From assembly GCA_016178055.1 (NCBI GenBank), contig JACOUC010000035.1:77325-141324 (forward strand): a stretch of DNA of 64,000 nt. The letters are read 5' to 3'. Below the pieces are notes generated by a model. That model saw only the letters and a list, made by a program, of their open reading frames with translations. It made no database searches and had not been told where the DNA came from. This DNA is from Chlamydiota bacterium (GTDB lineage Bacteria; Auribacterota; JACPWU01). This document shows, one piece after another, positions 58,829-64,000 of the stretch (the first letter of the stretch is position 1; every line of letters starts with the position of its first letter). The translations under genes and the position numbers were made by a program.

Positions 58829-60040
58829 CTAAAGATACGAAAGGGCCTCGCAAGGATCTAAACGGGACGCCTTGGAGGCTGGATAAAGGCCAAAGATCAG
58901 TCCCATCCAAAGGGTAAAATGAAGGGCTGCCCCCACGGTATTCCAAGAAAATACGGCCTCCCACCTCTCAGTCCCTGGAAGCCACACATTCAAAGACCAT
59001 GCCACAGAATCTCCCACCCAAATCCCTAACAAAATTCCAATTCCGGCCCCCATAAAAGTCAAAAAGAGTGACTCAAATATAAATTGAAACAAAATATCCC
59101 ACGATGTTGCGCCCACAGCCTTGCGAAGACCAATTTCTTTCACCCGCTCTGCAACTGAAACTAAAAGAACATTCATCATCCCAATTCCCCCAATCAAAAG
59201 ACTCACAAAAGCAATGGCCCCGAGCGCCCATTGAAAAGCTCGCGTCATTCGACTTTTCTGTGAAAGAAGGGCCTCCTGATTCCAAATCTCGATATCTTGA
59301 CGATTTAAAAGACGTCGCGTTTGATCCATCACTTGTTGCGTTAAATCGGACTCCTGGGCCCGAATCCATATCCCTTGAATTTCCCGAAAATGCCCTTGAA
59401 TCTCCTGTAAAGAAGAAAGAGGCATTAAAATCTGATGATCAAAATCGACCCCGACCGTTCTGCCCTTTTTCTCCAAGACCCCAACAATTTGAAAACTTCC
59501 TTCCCAGATATGAAGAATTTGCCTTAACGGGTTCTGAGAGTGAAAAAGTTCTCTTGCCAAATCTGAACCGATAACGACTACTCTCTTCTGATTTTCCAAA
59601 TCTTGATCCGCCAAAAATCGGCCCGATGCCATTTTTAATTCCCGCACTATTTGATAAGAGGATGTCACCCCTTCCACGGTCATGGCCCGATCCACATTCT
59701 CGATTCTCATCAATAAAGCCGAACTTAAAGTTGGGGCATAAGCTGAAATCCCTTTCAATTGAGACAGGCGTTCACCCTCGGCTTCAGTCAAGGGCAAATA
59801 GTCTAAATGTCCTCCCTCTTGCAAAGTGGGACGAGCCGATACATAAATCAAATTGGCCCCCATGGACTCAACCGTTTTCATGATTTTACGCCGTGTTCCC
59901 TCCCCAATCGCCAAGGTCACCAAAAGAGCCAATATTCCAAAAACAATTCCAATAATGCTTAAAATCGACCTCAATTTATGAGACAAAAGCATTTGGCAAG
60001 AAACTTTGAAATTGTCCCTAAACATCATAAAAAATGTCAT
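58829..60040 (-). CDS. MacB/FtsX-type ABC permease
   Basis: RSILSIIGI, GGIGMMN...V.ERVKEIGLRKAVGA. Confidence 0.9.
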   Translation of the reverse strand: MTFFMMFRDNFKVSCQMLLSHKLRSILSIIGIVFGILALLVTLAIGEGTRRKIMKTVESMGANLIYVSARPTLQEGGHLDYLPLTEAEGERLSQLKGISAYAPTLSSALLMRIENVDRAMTVEGVTSSYQIVRELKMASGRFLADQDLENQKRVVVIGSDLARELFHSQNPLRQILHIWEGSFQIVGVLEKKGRTVGVDFDHQILMPLSSLQEIQGHFREIQGIWIRAQESDLTQQVMDQTRRLLNRQDIEIWNQEALLSQKSRMTRAFQWALGAIAFVSLLIGGIGMMNVLLVSVAERVKEIGLRKAVGATSWDILFQFIFESLFLTFMGAGIGILLGIWVGDSVAWSLNVWLPGTERWEAVFSWNTVGAALHFTLWMGLIFGLYPASKASRLDPCEALSYL

Positions 60041-60071
60041 GATACGGATTCCCCTGAATCATTTTATCCAC

Positions 60072-60806
60072 CTATTTTTCCATTCTTCCATCTCTTAAAT
60101 AGATCTTCCGCTCGGCCTCATGGGCAATGGAAGCATCGTGTGTCACCAGGACAAGCGTTACGCCCTTTTGATGAAAGGTCTTTAACACTTCCAAAATCTC
60201 TTTTCCCGTCTGGCTGTCCAAATTTCCAGTGGGTTCATCCGCTAAGATCAGGGAAGGAGAACTGACCAAGGCCCGCGCAATCGCAACTCTCTGGCACTCT
60301 CCTCCTGATAATTGTCTTGGAAAATGATCCTGTCGATCAAGAAGGTTCACTTTCTCCAGAGCCTCCAACGCTCTTGCCCTTCTTGTTTTGAACCCTACAT
60401 GCTGATAAATCAAGGGGAGCTCAACATTTTCTAAAGCTGAAAGAGTCGGCAACAAATGAAAGGATTGAAAAACAAAACCTATTTTCTGACTCCGAAGAGA
60501 GGCCAACTTTTTCTCTCCTAATGAAGAAATATTTTCACCTCTAAAAACAACCGCTCCTTCACTCGGACGGGCCAGAAATCCTAAAATATGAAGAAGCGTA
60601 CTTTTTCCAGATCCACTCGGCCCTAAAACAGAAATAAATTCTCCATCATAAACCTCAAGGGTAATACTTTTAAGCGCTTCCACCTTTTTCTGAGCTAGAA
60701 AAAAGGTTTTGGAAACCGCTTTTAAAGAAACCAGAACTGAACGAGGAGGTTTTTTTGAAATAGGCTTCGACAGGGTAGAAAATTCTTTTAGAATGGCTGT
60801 TTGCAT
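60072..60806 (-). CDS. ABC transporter ATPase (MacB/LolD type)
   Basis: GPSGSGKST, LSGGE, ADEPTGNLD. Confidence 0.93.
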   Translation of the reverse strand: MQTAILKEFSTLSKPISKKPPRSVLVSLKAVSKTFFLAQKKVEALKSITLEVYDGEFISVLGPSGSGKSTLLHILGFLARPSEGAVVFRGENISSLGEKKLASLRSQKIGFVFQSFHLLPTLSALENVELPLIYQHVGFKTRRARALEALEKVNLLDRQDHFPRQLSGGECQRVAIARALVSSPSLILADEPTGNLDSQTGKEILEVLKTFHQKGVTLVLVTHDASIAHEAERKIYLRDGRMEK

Positions 60807-60887
60807 ACAATTATAATACCCCTTTTAATTCCCCTTTGAACTAAAAGGGAAGATTCTTTTCTTATAATACTTAATCTAATGAACTCC

Positions 60888-62132
60888 TTAATTTTGATTT
60901 TTGACTTTTGATATTTGATTTTCTTCACTAGGGAGCACCACTTCTTCCCCCTCTTTCAGCCCCTCAACAATCTCAATCTGTACATCATCGCTCATTCCAG
61001 TTTTAATGGGTCTAAACTCTTTTTTGCTATTCTTCAGGGTCCAAACGCCTGTCTCCTCGGCCTTACGAACCACAAACTGAATAGGTAAGGTCAGAACGTG
61101 AATTCGCTCATCCCTTAAAATTTCATAATCAGCTCCAACCCCTAGACGAACCGGGCCTTCTATTTGTTTCTCCAGAGAAAGTTGAACTGAGAATTTACGT
61201 GTATTGGCAAAGCTTTTTGCAACCAGAGAAACCTCCGTCACTTTGGCCTCCCGTCTTTCGCTCTCTCCTAAAAGCTTGACCCAGGCCGTGTCTCCCTTTT
61301 TAATTTTATGAACATCCCCCTCATAAACCTCGCTCTGAACAACCCAAGGGTCCTCAGTATTGACCAAATTGACAATTCCATCCCCCAGAGAAAGCGTATC
61401 CCCTTCCTTTTTCAAAATATCCACCACCCAAGCATCAAAAGAGGCCTTCACTTCATGTCCCTTCCATTGCTCCTTAAGATGCTTCCATTCCGATCTCATT
61501 TTATAAAGCTCGGCCTTTTTTAAGGCAATCTCTTGAGGTGAGGGCCCCTTGGAAAACGTCTCATACCTTTTAACCGCTAAAGTAGCCTCTCGCTCGGCCG
61601 TCTCAAATTTATTTTCAAACTCATCTAAACTTTTTTTAGAAATAAACCCTTTTTCATAAAGCTCTTTCTCATCGTGAAATTCCTTTTTTGTTTCCTCGGA
61701 TGACCGCTCGGCTTTTTCTAAAGCCTCTTTGGCTTCGAATAAAGAAGTATTTTCTGAAGGGGATTGAACACGTTTTAACTCCGCTTTAGCTTGTTCAATC
61801 TTTGCCTTCAGAAGCCTCATATCCTGGCTAAAACCCTCATTTTTAATTTTAAAAAGGAGTACATCTTTATGAAGCGTTTGTCCTTTTTCACAATAGACCT
61901 TTTCTAAAATGCCGGGGAAACTGGCCTTTAACGAAATCACATCCTTTGCATCCAAAATACCGACCCCACGAACCACTTGACGAATATCTCCATAGATGAC
62001 TTGTCCCTTGATTAAATCTGAGACCGGTTCATGAAAAGATTGAGAAATCCAAAATCCCGAAATGCCAAGAACACCAATGGGAAGAATCCACCACATGACT
62101 TTAACGGGTCTCATTGTCATTAGGAAAACCAC
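60888..62132 (-). CDS. MacA/HlyD-type periplasmic adaptor
   Basis: N-terminal TM segment, coiled coil, C-terminal EIVEGLKEGEEVV. Confidence 0.85.
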   Translation of the reverse strand: MVFLMTMRPVKVMWWILPIGVLGISGFWISQSFHEPVSDLIKGQVIYGDIRQVVRGVGILDAKDVISLKASFPGILEKVYCEKGQTLHKDVLLFKIKNEGFSQDMRLLKAKIEQAKAELKRVQSPSENTSLFEAKEALEKAERSSEETKKEFHDEKELYEKGFISKKSLDEFENKFETAEREATLAVKRYETFSKGPSPQEIALKKAELYKMRSEWKHLKEQWKGHEVKASFDAWVVDILKKEGDTLSLGDGIVNLVNTEDPWVVQSEVYEGDVHKIKKGDTAWVKLLGESERREAKVTEVSLVAKSFANTRKFSVQLSLEKQIEGPVRLGVGADYEILRDERIHVLTLPIQFVVRKAEETGVWTLKNSKKEFRPIKTGMSDDVQIEIVEGLKEGEEVVLPSEENQISKVKNQN

Positions 62133-62134
62133 AT

Positions 62135-62240
62135 CACTTATTTTTAATCCAATTAGAAATGGAAGACTTTAGCTCGTTAGATTTGAGAGGAAATCATACA
62201 AATCAACCAGTCATCATAAACGCCTGGAAGTTTTCTCTGA
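62135..62240 (-). pseudogene. Remnant of a PemK/MazF-like toxin
   Basis: RKLPGVYDDWLICMISSQI* followed by a short C-terminal-like piece. Confidence 0.55.
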
Positions 62241-62420
62241 ATAAAGAAAGGGTTCTTCCTCCATCCCCCTCAGTGCTTGAGAGAGGGCGAGGTTACTCCA
62301 CAAATTATTATTTTCCATTTCTGTCTTACTCTCCAAATACTCGACAAAGTCAAGTATTTCAGCTTGAAGAGGTTCGGGTAAGTGTCGAACATGTTCTGTA
62401 ATCTTCTCGCTAACAGTCAT
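62214..62420 (-). CDS. DUF2281-like antitoxin
   Basis: LPEPLQAEILDFVEYL, ALRGME. Confidence 0.7.
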   Translation of the reverse strand: MTVSEKITEHVRHLPEPLQAEILDFVEYLESKTEMENNNLWSNLALSQALRGMEEEPFLYSEKTSRRL

Positions 62421-62501
62421 AAGCGTCCCCTTCCACAGCAATTCCAACGATCTTTCGAGATCATCGTGTGCGATGAAAGTTCTCTCCATCATGCTTTTTC
62501 T

Positions 62502-62774
62502 GTAGTCGCCCGATTTATCCCCCCACCCCATATGGATGACTGGCCTTTCCTGATGAGATTTGGTTTACTCATTATGAAGGGTTCAACCAAAAAACAGCAG
62601 CTAAAAAAAGAAAGGAACAGTCACCCATCCATTCTAATCCAGTTGTTATCTTTAGCACGTTCGTAAGCTTATGACTCGTGCATTGATCGCTAAACAATCC
62701 CGCCACCTTCGATAGATTGGGTGGGGGGATAAATCGGACAATTCATGCAACAGCCCCATAAATGGGGCGACTAC
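62502..62774. repeat. GTAG-type REP doublet interrupted by an insert of about 200 bp with 19-bp inverted ends
   Basis: GTAGTCGCCCGATTTAT...GCCCCATAAATGGGGCGACTAC; inverted repeat 62510-62528 / 62719-62737. Confidence 0.7.
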
Positions 62775-62874
62775 AAAATGAGCCTCACTCCCATATCAAA
62801 GGCTATCATAAAAACAGATTCATTTCAATTCCCTGAATGATATTGCTACTCAGGTATTGGGAGTCGCTCAAAGA

Positions 62875-62908
62875 AATGAGTTTCCCAGATTTTTCTGGGA
62901 AACTCATT
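62875..62908 (-). terminator. Perfect 15-bp hairpin downstream of the FG-GAP gene
   Basis: AATGAGTTTCCCAGA-TTTT-TCTGGGAAACTCATT; weak U-tract. Confidence 0.55.
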
Positions 62909-62946
62909 GGAGCTTTTCAAAAACACTCAACTAAAGTGAGCAAGGT

Positions 62947-64000
62947 CTATTCCTCTAACTCAACAATATAGGCCGCCCCATTTGGGATATCATTTGGGTA
63001 GGTAGAAGCACCAATGATTGCCCTTGTGCCCCTTATCTCGACTGCTTCTCCAAAATATCCCTCATCAGAACCTCCGTCATAAGTATTTTCCTCTACCCAC
63101 TGACCCTCTACCAAACGATAGAGGTAAACCAATTGGGAATTAGAATTAGGGACTCCCACAAGCATCCTATTTCCACTCATCGAAATGCTTTGTCCAAAGG
63201 ATCCATCTTCTGACAACTCCTGAACAAGGCTCCATGCAGTCTCATCCCAATTATAAATATAGACTTTACCCTCAGAAAACTCTCCTATAGCAATGACGTT
63301 ACCAGAAATTCCAGTGGCATATCCACAGTTTGTGAAAGTCTTTTGAGTCTCTGGATAAACCGAAGCTGTTTGCAACCATCGCGTCGCGGTCCTCGTAAAA
63401 ATGTATGCACCTCCATAGTAGTTATTTATAAAAGGATTTCCTACAACCATCTTTTTCCCACTAAAGCAAACGTTATACCTTCCCAAACGATCACTATTGT
63501 CTGAATCATCATCTTTTGCCTTGATTTTTTGATAAGAAACCCAACTTCCATTTTTAGAGCGTTTGTACGCATAAATGGAGCCTTCATTGGTATCATAGTT
63601 GGCACTGACCATGGCCTGATCTCCATCCAAGAAAAGAGGCGCTCCATACTCTTGGTAATTGGATTGCCCCGTAACCAGTTTTTGAACATTTTTCCACTCC
63701 CCTTCCGAAATTCGTTCATAGACATAAACGGCACCTTCGTTGTAAGCCGTTGGATCCCCTTCATAGGAAATATCCTCAGCATAAGCTCCTACAAATAGGG
63801 TCGATCCGCTGACTGAGACGGAAGACCCAAAATACTGATATTGTTGCTTAACTTCAGGAGGAACCAGCTTTGTGACAAGCATCCAAGACCCATCAGCCTG
63901 TTTTTCGTAAACGTAAGCAGCTCCAACACTTAAAAGTCCATCTTGAATATCATAAGGTGCCCCCACAACTGCATAATTCTTATCAATAGAGACTGTTGCT
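62947..64000 (-). CDS. FG-GAP / integrin-like beta-propeller repeat protein (5' end outside the window)
   Basis: Repeated FG.SVS.SG....VGA....GAVYVY units. Confidence 0.85.
   Translation of the reverse strand, partial: ATVSIDKNYAVVGAPYDIQDGLLSVGAAYVYEKQADGSWMLVTKLVPPEVKQQYQYFGSSVSVSGSTLFVGAYAEDISYEGDPTAYNEGAVYVYERISEGEWKNVQKLVTGQSNYQEYGAPLFLDGDQAMVSANYDTNEGSIYAYKRSKNGSWVSYQKIKAKDDDSDNSDRLGRYNVCFSGKKMVVGNPFINNYYGGAYIFTRTATRWLQTASVYPETQKTFTNCGYATGISGNVIAIGEFSEGKVYIYNWDETAWSLVQELSEDGSFGQSISMSGNRMLVGVPNSNSQLVYLYRLVEGQWVEENTYDGGSDEGYFGEAVEIRGTRAIIGASTYPNDIPNGAAYIVELEE

Noticed and set aside
57660..58830. ops/JUMPstart element near the antiterminator
   Set aside because: No GGCGGTAG-type match seen by eye.
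60819..60850. Imperfect hairpin between the adaptor and ATPase genes as a terminator
   Set aside because: AT-rich stem, no U-tract on the coding strand, and it lies inside an apparent operon.
271..63798. Numerous short plus-strand ORFs in the track
   Set aside because: They are almost all antisense shadows of well-supported minus-strand genes and show no motifs.

Overview
Bacterial DNA in which essentially every gene is on the minus strand. From about 58.5 kb down to the left edge is a very large surface-polysaccharide (O-antigen/LPS-type) locus. It is headed by a UpxY/NusG-family antiterminator and contains wzm/wzt, GmhA- and HldE-like enzymes, ThDP enzymes, two B12 radical-SAM proteins, many SDRs and methyltransferases, and three apparent ulosonic-acid modules (NeuB or HpcH aldolase + cytidylyltransferase + large putative transferase). 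The operon is interleaved with toxin-antitoxin/defence-like cargo: MNT-HEPN x3, NTase-fold pairs x3, Phd-PIN, DUF4160/DUF2442, YhcG x2, retropepsin-like proteases x2 and a SNF2 helicase. The most striking structure is that cargo cassettes are followed by diverged copies (stubs) of the 3' end of the upstream host gene. Three wzm stubs punctuate a cassette array between wzm and wzt, and the pattern recurs at two other loci; 4 of 5 stubs have an in-frame start codon at or next to the cargo stop. A 178-bp TA-flanked MITE adds 60 aa in frame to a putative transferase, and a second copy breaks an epimerase. The right end holds a MacAB-like ABC exporter, a decayed TA pair and a partial FG-GAP protein. 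No rRNA, tRNA, CRISPR, transposase or integrase was recognised. All family assignments are by eye from motifs, with no database search.
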